The notes beneath the pieces are model-generated. The model saw nothing but the letters and a program-made list of their open reading frames with translations, was not told the origin of the DNA and did no database searches. Below, piece after piece: positions 38,801 to 51,398 of a DNA stretch of 64,000 nucleotides (its first letter is position 1; each line of letters begins with the position of its first letter). The DNA is from Lingula anatina (lineage: Eukaryota; Animalia; Brachiopoda): positions 46,072,401 to 46,136,400 of the forward strand of contig CM120641.1 of NCBI GenBank assembly GCA_051362555.1, read 5' to 3'. A program made the position numbers and the translations under genes.

Positions 38801-41800
38801 AGAAATAGTAATTCATCATTTTCCAGAATAGAAAGGATGCCCAAAGTGCTACACTAGCTAGTACTAGTACATGTAGATGTCCCCATTTTAACCATGGTGT
38901 CGTAGTAGAATTCCAGTCAAACTTCAACTTACAGGTAAGTCTTGTTTACTTTACAGTTTTATTGGATGAAACATCAGCCAATGGAAAGATACATTTCAAT
39001 GTACATGTCCAGGGGCGGATTGAGGTCGTCTTCTGGGTCTTCTGGAAGACGGTCAGATTTTCACGTTTACACTGACGGGTATCTAATTTTTTTTCTGTCG
39101 GAAGACGGTCAAAAATAGAAGATGGATCAACAAAGATAATTTGGAAGACTATCTGAAAATAGCTCTGGATTTGCCCCTGATGTCAATGCCCCCATTCAAA
39201 TAGGGGGCTAACTAGTCCAAGGGCCAAATATGACAACACACTACAAAGCTTGATGTCTGATCTGCTAATTTAACTGACACTGAACAGATACATGTATCCT
39301 GTGAGGAAGTATTCAAGTGGGTTGGCTGTATTTGACCCTCGGACTGCTTAGTCCCCCATTGGACTGTATATACATGTACACTTTTAAGTGCTAAACCCCT
39401 CAAACGGGTACGGTAACATCACAGCCCTACACCTCCATGTTGTTTACTTATACCTATCTGATGTGTACATATATACAGGTTTATACCCCTGTAAATATTC
39501 ATACACTTACATAATACTTAGAATTATATGTCTGGTATCTTGTATGTACTTGGCAGCAGCTGTCATCTTCTTTCTTCATTTTCTTCATTACCTCTGAAAT
39601 TTTAATTTTTAACAAAATGTAAAATGTATCTAGTATTGGTGAGTTACTTGTAAAAAACAACTTAATTATCCAATGCTCCATATGAAATAACTGTATTGTC
39701 ATTTTACAAAATGAATTCAGTTAGTGTGTATATATACAGTGCTTTTTCATCCATAATTTCAAATTTACAGATAAGCACATACCCCCACCACAGCAGATAC
39801 TCTCTGTGCTGTTGAACAATGCAGTGTTACAACATTTGGCAGTGTTATCAGAAGTACTGACATTGTACAGTACACTCCGCCGAGCCTCGTGCTCCCCACA
39901 GCACAGGTGTTCACCGTCCTCATAATAGCCTCGGTCTGAGCAGCACTTGGTTTTATACTTTGAATGCTTTTTGAATGGGCGCCCATTGCAGCATACCTTT
40001 TCATCTGTGTCTATGGATTCTGAAGGGAAATGTTTATTTTATTACAGGTTCATGATACTCCATCAGTGTATTTCTTGTAAAGGACAATGAATTTTTCCCA
40101 AGTCATGCTCGGAATAGTTGATGTTTGAGGAATTTGGTAAGAGGGAACAGAGAAGTTTATTTTCTAACAACTTAACAGATCAAATAAGTGGATATATCTT
40201 TACAATTCAACTTAAAAAGTTTCTAATTTTAATATATAAATCAATATTGTAAATAAATTAATATAAGAAATTTTATTTAAATCCATGACATGTCTAAAGT
40301 CAATCTGATTTAAAACATTATTTCCAACATTCTCGCATTTCAAAACATATATTTTACCAATATTTGAGGAATGGTTTTCATCTTTTTCATTTCAATTGAT
40401 TTTATTAATTAATTTTGTATTTATGAATTAACTTTTATTACTGTTGTTGTTATTAATGTTTTTACTTTTATTTGTTTTTGTTTTTTTACTTTACCATTAT
40501 TTTTTTTTTTCAATTGTGTTAGAGGTTCTGATTCCAGGTGTCACAATCATGTTGAATGTGACTTTCACAAAAAAAAAAAAAAACAATCAATGGACCTTTA
40601 GAAAAAAAAGCAAGACAAATTCTGTTTCAGTTATTTTTAAATTACAATAATTAAGTAAATGGATTTTCGAAACAACATGGTAGATTGATTGACTTCTAAT
40701 GAGGAGTTTACCTGTTCCACAGCACTGGCTGGTAGCTGTGCGGTTATGAACTCTCAACTCACAGCAAATCTCTTCATTTACACTTTGGGGTACCCCTCCG
40801 CAGCAAATGTGATTTATCACATACCCGTCTCCAGTTTCCCAGTGTTCTGATTTGCCATGAAAAACCTTTTCTGAATTTGAAAATAGGAGAATATAAAAGC
40901 CAATGTCAAGTGGCCAATAATTATGCATAAAAATAGGACTGACAAATAAATGGACCAAAGAAGAAAGACTATTATTTATATATAAGAAAGTCTATTTGTC
41001 TTCAAATTGTCTGTATAATCATTGCATTTTCCTTAAGAATCATATAGACTTTTTCAAAAAGTCAAAATTGAGAAATACATTCTAAGGACTCACTGTTACA
41101 GCAAGTTGCTTTCCTAGGGTCATATGCTTCATTTCCACAGCATTTATGTACACTATTATTAGAACATATCTTCATGGGTTGGTAAGTTGCAAAATCACAG
41201 TAATATTCAGTTCTGTTGATGTAACCATTGCCGCAGCATATGAAGTTTTCCTTTGGCATATTGTAAACTTTGGCATATCTGGGCTGGTGTTGAGGGGAAC
41301 AGCAGACTTGCCCCTCCATCTTGAGTTCTGTTCCACAACACATGGCCCCCTTTGTGACTAATAAAAAATATGTGTAGAATCCTTACCAAAAATAAATTAC
41401 ACAGTATACATATGGAAATGATAAAGTTCAACCTTTACATGGTACAACTAATATTAGTTTGAAGAGGTGCTAACTATAAATACTACACAAATATCAACCA
41501 TTAAAACTCTGCAGTCTGGTATTATTTCTAGCACTTTATATATGGGTATAATGCAAAACCTATTAAAAGTAATCCGTCTGTTAAAAATTCAAATATATTG
41601 ATCTAGTATAGTTTCTACACTTCTTTAATGAATATGCACCAAGTTTTAACAGTTTTTATTTCAAAAATTACTTGTAAAAACCCTACTAATTTTTAAAATA
41701 TGTAAACCAAAAAATAAAGTGTCTCAGACAATCAATAAAAAGAGAAAAGACAAAACACATACATTTTTGGATTTTCCCTTGACAGCAAACTTGTGTGGAA

Positions 41801-43596
41801 GTGTTGAATACCACATCTGCACAACAATCTAAGGAATCACTGCTGTACACTGTGCCATTGCAGCAAAACTGTCTCTCATGACTGTACACCCTTGCTGTCA
41901 TATTCCACACATCTGCAATCAAAATAATTATTTTATTCATTAATCTGATAAACAGTAGTCTAATTTTTCAAGTGTGTGTGTATGTGTGTGTGTTAGCCTG
42001 AATTTTAGAAAAAAAAAATTTATTTTGTTTTTTAAAATTGTAATCTTTATGATCAGGTTGGAACAACAGCTAACACAGAATAGGTGACGTGATTCTCAGC
42101 AAGAAACTTTATCTTTGGGTAACACAAATAAGTTCAACCAGAGAAAATGAGAACAGATAATTGACGTATCAGTAATGATAAGACCATCAGTCTGCTAAAA
42201 ATATTTTTTTTAAATTATCTTTTATATTTGTATCTCTGAATTTATGGACAGATGGTCAATTGAAAATAGAAATTCAGTGCAGCTGATTGATTTAATTTAT
42301 ACTTTTCAGGCTTATACTATTGGTTCCAGAAGCAAAAATACATATTTTGATCACAACAAAATTGAAAATCATTTGTTTCATTTTAAAAGAAACTCACTGA
42401 TTTGGTGAGAATGTGCTATTTATGAACATTAAATGAGATATATGCTTTAGTTATTGGGCTCTATACTAGTACAATATGGTGTAGCAAGGTGGAGGGACAA
42501 GTGGCACCAGCCCCTACCGTACTGGTAGCTTCTGAGAATTATCTTAATCACCTTCACCTCCCCTCCCCCCCATCTTAAACAGTTACTATAATGAGTGGAA
42601 GAAAACAAAACCAAGCAATTTTTACATCCCTGGCCCCAGCATATTGTTGTATATTAAAATCTACCCTGTATTGTCTTTAATGTTTTATAAATGCAGGACA
42701 AAGCTAGATCATTATTTTTAGCCTTGTTCCCTCCTCCCCAAGCAAAATCTAGGATCTGCCAGTGTTATAAATATTATTGTTTCTATCGTGTCATATACTC
42801 ACTGACACAGCACCCGCTGCCAGCTGTCTTTGCAAATACCCGACCTCCACAGCAGTCACTCTCATCCTCATTATAGCAAAAACCCTCCCCTGCCATCCCT
42901 CTGGAACAAAGTTTTTCCCCTCCTTTGCAATCTGAAAGTAAAAAGTGGGGAATTGGCCCTTTTAGAATTGCATTATGCATAATATGATTCATGTCAACTT
43001 CACATGGCTTTCTACGTGTAAATTGTACCAGTAGGCAATTAATTTTTTATTGCAAAGATCTGTCCATAACATAGGTAATAAAAGACGGGTGAAGTAACCC
43101 CCAATTAATTATTTACAGTATTTAATGTATTGATTTTTTTCTTGCATTTTCCAACCAAAATAAATAAAGTCTTAAATTAATACTTGGGATAAGTCATTGT
43201 AAAATAGCTAATGATTCATGAATGAAATTTTGTGAATTAAGGGATTCCCCCCGCCTCAATAAGTACTTGCATACTCAAGCCTAAATTAACAAGTACTGTA
43301 GAATAAAGAAATTAATGAAACCCTCAGGTAATGATTGATAACGTCGTTTCAAAAATGAAATCAGCAGATCACATTACGTCCCATTACAAGCCCAAGCCTA
43401 ATTCAAGCTTCCATAAATTTAGAGATCGAAGTTCAAGACAGTGTACTGGTAATTCATTTGTCGTGTCCACAACCGCAAATTAAACCGAGATTAATAGTCC
43501 CCACTTACCTTCAGAAGTTTCAGCTTTAACGTCGAAACAAAAAACTAAAAGCAGAAAACCTAAACATATCAAACTATAAGCTGTATAAGGTGCCAT
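35897..43596 (-). CDS. Galaxin-like secreted Cys-Cys repeat protein with Thr-rich linker and divergent basic NTR-like C-terminus (gene D, 10 coding exons, ~628 aa)
   Basis: Exons 43596-43509, 42931-42803, 41912-41763, 41357-41094, 40870-40712, 40019-39783, 39593-39511, 38336-37924, 37484-37378, 36153-35897; 1887 nt, phases consistent. Signal MAPYTAYSLICLGFLLLVFCFDVKA; linker MTTTTTTTTPRPEPCPP; tail VVKGRV...YLIVKWSKFR. Confidence 0.85.
36435..36760. mobile_element. Non-autonomous TIR element with TTAA TSD (Kolobok-like); partial second copy at ~51030-51142
   Basis: TTAA|agggataacaact ... agttgttatcct|TTAA. The right half (ctttgaatgt..ggattcatt..tttaccccaggaaaat..gaacagtt.ttatcc) recurs in a MED6 intron. 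Confidence 0.7.
39010..39179. mobile_element. CAG-terminated MITE with 5-bp TSD
   Basis: ATGTC|caggggcggatt ... gatttgcccctg|ATGTC; internal ggaagacggtca subrepeats. Confidence 0.75.
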
Positions 43597-43903
43597 ATTT
43601 GTATTGTAATGCGTATAAGAACTCTTCGGTACTCTTGTCAGCCTACTCAGTAGGCTTGTTGTTCACTGCTGTTTAGTCTGGTCAGTCGAGAACCAAGTCT
43701 ATTAAAAAATGTTAATATTGGAGCCTGTTTTTGTTTTTGAAGCAAGAAAGTTTTAGAGAAGGCGGTCTGGTTTCGATACGTCATAAAATATTTCAACTGC
43801 ATAGTCAATAAACTGATGCATGGTTACTGTACACGATTGTTAAATTTCTATTGCTGCTATTTTTAGATTGGATTCCCCATGACGTCATCACAAAATGGCC
43901 GCC
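43597..43903. promoter_or_regulatory. Compact divergent promoter between gene D and MED6 (CRE and YY1-like motifs)
   Basis: Start codons at 43596(-) and 43895(+). Perfect CRE TGACGTCA at 43880-43887, half-CRE tacgtca at ~43777, and CAAAATGGCCGCC (YY1-like) overlapping the MED6 ATG. Confidence 0.65.
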
Positions 43904-44691
43904 TCCACTGGTAAGATTTTGGTTAAACTTTGTTCATGTGATATATTGATAAATAAAGTAGACCGTCGTTTTAATGTACCAATAGATGGTGCAAACGTCT
44001 TTTGCAATCACACAATCAGGTTTTGGGGGCAGTAAGATATTAAAACGTTAGGTCAATACCTGTGAACTTCTCTAAGGTCAGTTCGATACTGATAATTTCG
44101 ACTAATTTCAGACAAAGTATTGTCCATCGATCTAGTTCAAATGTTTTGTGGCCCGAAATATTTCTTTGGTCACTTGGGGTCCATAGATCCAAAGTTTCAA
44201 TAGTAGATACTAACATGAAATGTAAAAATAAGATTGAAAATGAAAAAAAATGCCCAGGAAACTCATCCTAATGGCATAAAGATCCAAGCCTATAAAAAAA
44301 GAGATGAGTTTACAGTTACCTGTAAAACTAAGAGATGATATCTTTATATATCATTCGCAAATGAGTTATTATATACCTCCAGTATAAGGTTGTTTATACT
44401 TTCAAATGCAGAATATACAGTAAAATACACAAAATCCATGAATTCCTCCTCATTAAGGTGATGTTATTGGGTTACTTATTACTGGAATATACTTAAATGC
44501 TGATCAAAATTTTTAAGTTCAGAAAACTTTCTAATATTTTTATAGCATAGAAAGAAAACAATTGTTGAATTTATATTTTGTAATTTGATTATGAATCTCC
44601 TGAGAACCTGCCATAAGTGTCATTAAGAATATATATATATATATATATATATTCTTAATGACACCTGAGAACCTGCCATAAGTGTCATTAA

Positions 44692-44750
<59 letters not shown>

Positions 44751-44788
44751 CTTAATGACACCTGAGAACCTGCCATAAGTGTCATTAA

Positions 44789-44834
<46 letters not shown>

Positions 44835-45527
44835 TTAATGACACTTATGGCAGGTTCTCAGGAGATTCATAATCAAATTACAAAATATAAATTCAACAAT
44901 TATATATATATAGCTTCAGAGAACCTGTTGTCTATATCATGGCATGATAGTGCATGGATCCCCATCCTCAACCCAGCTAATGTGATGGACTACTTCTCAG
45001 AGAGGTGAGGGATGATTGCCAGCTAGAATTCATTGTTCTGATAAATTGGTTGAAGTCGCACACGCACGCTCACACCCCCCCCCCACACACACACACACAC
45101 TTTCTAGTGTCTATTTCTGGACCTGTCTGTCAGTAGATGATTATTATGACTATGGGTGCATTCACACACGCACACAAACACGTGCTCATGCACACACACA
45201 AACACACACACACACACACACTTTTTTTGTGTCTATTTCTGACCCGTCTCTCTGTAGATGATTATTATCACTATGGTTGCATTCAGAACGAACCTGTCCC
45301 AGCTACTGTACACCAACCCCAGGGGTACTCTCACTTAATGCATCCAGATTTATAGACTGACACACTTCCTCTTGTTTCCAACATACTCAGATAATCTCCA
45401 GCTTTCCTATATTCTACTCAACAGCAGGAGAAGGGGTGTTAGTCTATGAAACATTTTCATTCCCTTATGGTTAAGATAAATATTATGGATTGAACTGAAA
45501 TTAAGAAATTCATAAAGCAAGCATGTG

Positions 45528-45577
<50 letters not shown>

Positions 45578-46994
45578 TATTATTATTATTATTATATGTG
45601 TGATTACTTAATTTTGAGGAATTTTATTCTGACCACTCACACTTGATTTTGTTTTAACTTACTAAGTATTAGCATTATTGAGGACTGAATATTATTTGGG
45701 ACTGTGTTAACTATCTCACTGTGTGGGTATTTCAACATTTCAGGTCAAATCCTTTCTATGACAGGACATCAAATAATGAGATTATTAAAATGCAAAGATT
45801 AAACCCGGAACAATTAAAGTAAGTAACACTGTGATCAAATATTTTATTTAAAGTTTTGAAGTCTGGAGTAGATTACTAATACTGAAATCAAATTTCCTCT
45901 CACACAAAAAGTGGCCTCACACTAAATATGAAACTAATTTTTTTCATGTTCTTAAATGTTTCTAACAATTATTTGTTGATTTTTTGTGTGTTTCAGCCTT
46001 GTTAGCACAATATAAAACATTTCTGTATTAGTCAGGTCCCACTTTGGAAACACTGGGGAATCCCCTTCTACACCATTATTAGTGAAGTTGAATTACGAAA
46101 TCATATCTTTGGGTATTGACTGTGTGTCATAGCAATGGAATTTTTTAGGAGCGGCTGTGTTTTTTGTACATCAGAATAATTTAGGAGTGGTTGTTTCAGC
46201 TTGTGTGGCATGGTGGGGGAAAGATTAAGAGAGTGCACATATCTCCTTGGAGTAAACTAATCACTCTGAAAAATTTCCCAACAAAATTAATCGCTTTTGA
46301 AATGAAGACATCTTGATAAACTGTTTTCTAAAGTTGCTAATAATAAACTTTATTATCCATCTTTTGACTTATAGAAGTTATTTGTGAGAGTATCATTCGC
46401 TGAATTTTCAAAAAAAAAAAAAACAAAACTGTTATCATTTTTGGATTGATTTGACCTTATTTAAGGTGCACCCACACACGACTGCTTTGGGTCGGATGTT
46501 GGTTCAACTTGTGTCCTATGAATAAATAAAAGTCTCAAAATTACTTTACCAGAGTTTTTTTTTTAACAAAATACGTTAAAATTATAACATTCCTTTATCT
46601 GCATATCGCTATTTTATTTACTGATTTTAAGACTTGAGTCCTTTCGAGTAGACCTGAATAATAATGAGGATGTTATTGATTTGTGTGTTTATTTTTTACA
46701 GCAACATGACTGGGTTGGAGTACATTCTCCTCCATGTTCAGGAACCTATATTATACGTGATAAGAAAACAACATAGACACTCCTCAACGCAAGGTAATGT
46801 AATAACTTTCAGTGTTGTTAAAAATAAATTATTCCCTGGTATGTGCAATGCAAATTACAGCATAGAGCATAGATAACCAAATTATTATAGAATATCCAAG
46901 TACCATGTGCTGTGTTTATGAATCGAGTGTACAGGTACTCCCTGAATTTAATGGATTTTGCACACATAAATGCACATGCTTTCATGGACGCGTG

Positions 46995-47041
<47 letters not shown>

Positions 47042-47214
47042 TGTTTGTGAATTGATTTGAAGTCTTTGAGGATTAGAGAAATGTCTGCTCAATTAGTGGA
47101 ATGTTGAAATGATTTCTTGCTTTTGATTTTTTTCAGTTACTCCCCTTGCTGACTTTTACATCATAGCTGGTATGTACATTTATAAAAGATAATTCTCTGC
47201 CCCCCCCCCCCCCT

Positions 47215-47257
<43 letters not shown>

Positions 47258-48498
47258 AAAGTTTTCCAGTAAAGTGCCCAAAATTGTTTACTTTTTCTGA
47301 TCAGCTGGAATGTGACCGCTGAATTTCAACACAAATATGTTTAGAAGTTTGTTAGAAAAACTTGGCAGTTACTTGTAAGGAATGGTCTTGTCTGATACCA
47401 GCTGTCCATGCAGTGTTTACTGTCCAGGAGTGAGTTTAATAAACTTTTAGACTTGACTTTTGTATCACCTTTGACCCAAGATAAATTGGTGGTGATAAAT
47501 GAAATATTGTACAATTTTTATTAATTACAGAAAAAATGGCAGATGTTTTAGACAAACAGTTACATTATTTTAAGTGGATTACTATGGATTTACCTTGAAG
47601 TGGACTAAACTCTTTAGCTTTATCTTCAAAGCCAATATTTGGTCCTGTCTTTTTGTGTGACCATCATCTGGCAAAAATGCCATGTACACCATAAAAAAGG
47701 TTAATGTTTACAGCAGGATATTCCTCTGCTTCAGAGAACTTATTTCCTTTTGCAAATATCAGTTTTAAAATAATCTAAGTCATAATCCTTTTACTTTTGA
47801 TTGTTTTCACCATGTTTATTTCAGTCAATATGGGGATAGTCTTGTATCAAAATCATAATGTTTTAACAATTATACAGATACTGTATTTTTTTATATCATA
47901 AAATCTTAAAATGAAAACTTTCCTATTGGGTGGTAGCAACAAAATTAAAAATGAGGCTAATCTATAGTTCTATTCTATGCATTAAAAGCACCACAAATGC
48001 CATATATATATATATATATATAATTTTTGTGACTATAAAATTATGTATCTGAAAGTTTAATAATTTTTCCCCATTGAAAAGTTCAAGTAATCACCCTATA
48101 TTTGTGTTCTAGGTGTTGTTTACCAGGCTCCAGATCTAGGATCAGTGATCAATGCCAGGCTATTGAATACACTGAGTAACTTAGAATCTGCATTTGATGA
48201 AGGTATGTTGTTTCTAATGGAGAGAGAGAGAGAGAGAGAGAGAAAATAATTAATTTTACAGAGATAAGTTTGTTTACCTAGGAGGGAGTAATAGATAGTC
48301 AGCCAGTCAGTTACTTTACTAGAATTCTACACGACCTGAAAATTAATGGCATGTTGTTCTTATATTTTGTATTTCTTTTCTTCTGCAGCAAAGTCATATT
48401 CTAGATACCATCCTTCCAAGGGTTATTCATGGGAATTCAAAAACCAGGAGGAAATAGGTGGGTGTTAATGACATGCATTATGTTTAGACAGCTTTTAT

Positions 48499-48547
<49 letters not shown>

Positions 48548-51398
48548 CTTCAGTAAAATGATTTATTAAATTTATCAAGTGCTATGCTGTAAACAAGAAC
48601 ATCACAAATCTTATGTTTCCTCTCTGGGATGTCGCTACAGTGAGAGTATAAGAGAAAATTACAACCTTTGTAGATTTTTTTTTACTAAAGAATTTTGTTA
48701 ATTGTAGTACAAGTTGATACAAAAAAACTTGGCAAGTGTGCATCAAGCTCTTCGATGATTATGCTTGCAGTGTACAGATGTAACCCTATATATCTGAGTA
48801 CTCACGGGGCTCATTCCCAGTGAAACTCGTTTTACGTAGATCGAACCAACTCTGTTTGGACACTCGCTGAATGCAATCAGGTTAACAAGATAACATGCCT
48901 CCACTTGTTTCCATCATACATGTCAAATCACTAGCCTTTCTGTATTCTACTCAACACCAGGAGGAAGAATGTTAATCTGATTGCATTCAGCAAGAGTCCA
49001 CTTGGAGTTGGATCGCTTTGAGTAGAATGATAGTTTCATTGGAAACTAACCCATTGTGTCAGTCTCTTTATCAGCAAAAATCACTGTGACTACATTGATA
49101 ACTTTCACCCCATTTCCATAGATTTTTAGATCGATCTATCCCTGTGGGGAGTCTCACTAGATTACTGTCAGCTTGGCCGGCTTAAGCGTCTGTCCCGCCT
49201 ACTAAAAGCTGTAAGGGGGTAATTAACTATGGTGTCCGCTCGACTGACTGCAATTTAGCGTGAACCCCCAGGGAGTTAGGTCGATCTAAATCTCTGGGAA
49301 AGCACCCTAAGTTAACAGCCATTATGATGATGCAGAGATTTCAAAATTATTAGCAATGTATCCCTTGTTCATCTAGACAAAGCTAAAGCCAAAGAGAAGA
49401 AAAAGAAAGAAGAACCAAGTTCACTGTTCCAGAGACAGAGAGTAGATATACTGCTCACAGAATGGGCCAAAAAGCACCCCCCAAAGTACACAGCAGCCCC
49501 ACAGGCAGATAAACAGCAGGGTAGGTAGCACCATCTATAATTTAGTTTTTAAATCGAACTCTAATTAAAATTAAAATTTTGCCATGATATACAATCACTT
49601 CTAAAACTTGATATCCAGTGTGATTTACAGAACACTCCTTCAGTTTGATACTTTTGACCCAGAATCATATTAAAAAATTTACCATGAAATTGTATGTCAT
49701 GGTAAAATTTTAATCATAATTAAAATGTTAACATGACTTACAACCACTCCTAAAATTTGATATCCAATGTGATTTCCAGAGCGCTCCTTTAATTTGATTC
49801 TTTTGACACACAATCATAATTAAACAGGCCCGTAGCCAGGGGAGGTTCGGGGGGTTCGAAAGAACCGCCCCTTTTGTCAGGAAAAGGTCCGTTTTGGGTA
49901 AAATTTGATCTAGGTACACATAATTGCATTGTAAAAGGTCCACTTTTTCAGAAAAAGAACCCCCCTTTTGAATTTGCTGGCTACGGGCCTGTTAAAATTT
50001 TACTATGACATACAATTTCCCCTTAAATTTTGATATCCAGTGACTTATCTCCACTCCTCATGTGTAATCCCCTATGACACAATTCATACCCAAAAATATG
50101 GGTTCATAAACTTGGTGAAGGAAATTCCCAGGGTTTCCTAAAAGGGAACTGACTTGCATTATTCAGAAATGTGCTTCTGTCTTTGACATTTTAACTACAG
50201 TTACACATGCACAAAATTAACAAGTAGATCTAACTGTTACAAATACTCTAGGAACATATTTTGGATATGGTATACTTAGGAGGTTGAGGGAAAATTGTTT
50301 GAATTTCCTTGAAAATTTTAATTTTACCATATTTTACCTTGACATACAACCACTCCTAAAATTTGATATCCAATATGATTTCCAGACCGCTCCTTTTTGA
50401 CACACAATCATCATTAAAGTTTTACCATGACATACAATTTCCCCTTAAATTTTGATATCCAGTGACTTATCTCCACTCCTTATGTGTAATCCCCTATGAC
50501 ACAATTCATACCCAAAAATATGGTTTCATAAACTTGGTGAAGGGAATTCCGAGTGTTCCCAAAAGGGGAACTGACTGGCATTATTCAGATATGAGCTTCT
50601 GTCTCTGACATTTTAACGAGATGTACAAAATTAAACCGTTACAAATAACTGTTACAAATACTCTAGGAACATATTTTGGATATGGTATACGTACTTAGGA
50701 GGTTGAGGGAAAATTGTTTAAATTTTACTACATGTAAAGTTTGAATGCTCATTGTCTACCTTTAGGTGCTAATAGTAACACAGGTAAATTGATAATACAC
50801 TCAGACTTGATTCAGGTATTTTGGCCTTTTAGATTTTAGATAAAAAGTACGTTACCAGAAGTCTTGTGTAGCATTTCACGGCACAGGTTCTAATATTAAA
50901 AATTTTATTTTACCACCAAAACGGCGGTTATCGCAATTATTCTGGAATCTGTGCTTCCCTTCAGACTACATGACCTCCTGTAGATATGATAACAAAAAAC
51001 CAAATTTTATTTTTAAAAACCAGAGACTTACTTTGAATGTCGGAATGGATTCATTATTCATAGGTTATTAAGTTTGGGAAAAATTGTTGTTTACCCCAGG
51101 AAAATCCATTTTTTGGTCACTATGAACAGTTATTATCCCTTTAGTACCAGCAGTTAAATTTGCAATATCAGACAACATGTGCACTTAAAATGTATGAAAA
51201 ATATTTCCCCTGTAAGGAAGTGCTCTAGCGTAATTCATTTCTGAGTTTATTTCTTAAATCATTTTTAACTTTGTTTCTCCAGATGAAAACAAGGAGCAAA
51301 TCAAACTTGAAATGAAGACAGAAAAATCTGAGACGGCCTCTCAGTCCTCACATACCAGTAGCAGAGGTCCAGCAGAGAAAAAACCAAGACTAAGATGA
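43895..51398 (+). CDS. MED6: Mediator of RNA polymerase II transcription subunit 6 (~247 aa)
   Basis: Exons 43895-43910, 44914(or 44920)-45004, 45744-45818, 46702-46793, 47137-47169, 48113-48202, 48389-48457, 49377-49520, [50766-50783], 51283-51398. Protein [109 protein letters not shown] matches metazoan MED6. Confidence 0.96.
44560..44901. repeat. Fold-back inverted repeat built around three (TA)n tracts
   Basis: A ~70-bp arm aattgttgaat...cctgagaacctgccataagtgtcattaagaat and its exact reverse complement ending at 44901, plus two internal tandem re-copies of the inner arm. Confidence 0.95.
48806..49051. mobile_element. Fold-back MITE-like element in MED6 intron
   Basis: Nested inverted segments: gctgaatgcaatcaggttaac / gttaatctgattgcattcagc, and degenerate outer arms ...ccaactc / gagttgg.... 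A related fragment lies at ~45405-45445. Confidence 0.55.
49106..49307. mobile_element. ~200-bp MITE (PIF/Harbinger-like), copy 2
   Basis: Near-identical to 13535-13732; ends ...gggaaagcaccc|taa. Confidence 0.75.
49730..50725. repeat. Tandem ~400-bp intronic duplication; first copy carries the 49825-49991 MITE
   Basis: caaccactcctaaaatttgatatccaat...cttaggaggttgagggaaaattgttt occurs at ~49740-50300 and ~50348-50720; a more diverged partial copy lies at ~49580. Confidence 0.85.

Noticed and set aside
38718-38927. Extra exon of gene D
   Set aside because: No phase-compatible stop-free frame with CC repeats; exons 39511 and 38336 join in frame without it.
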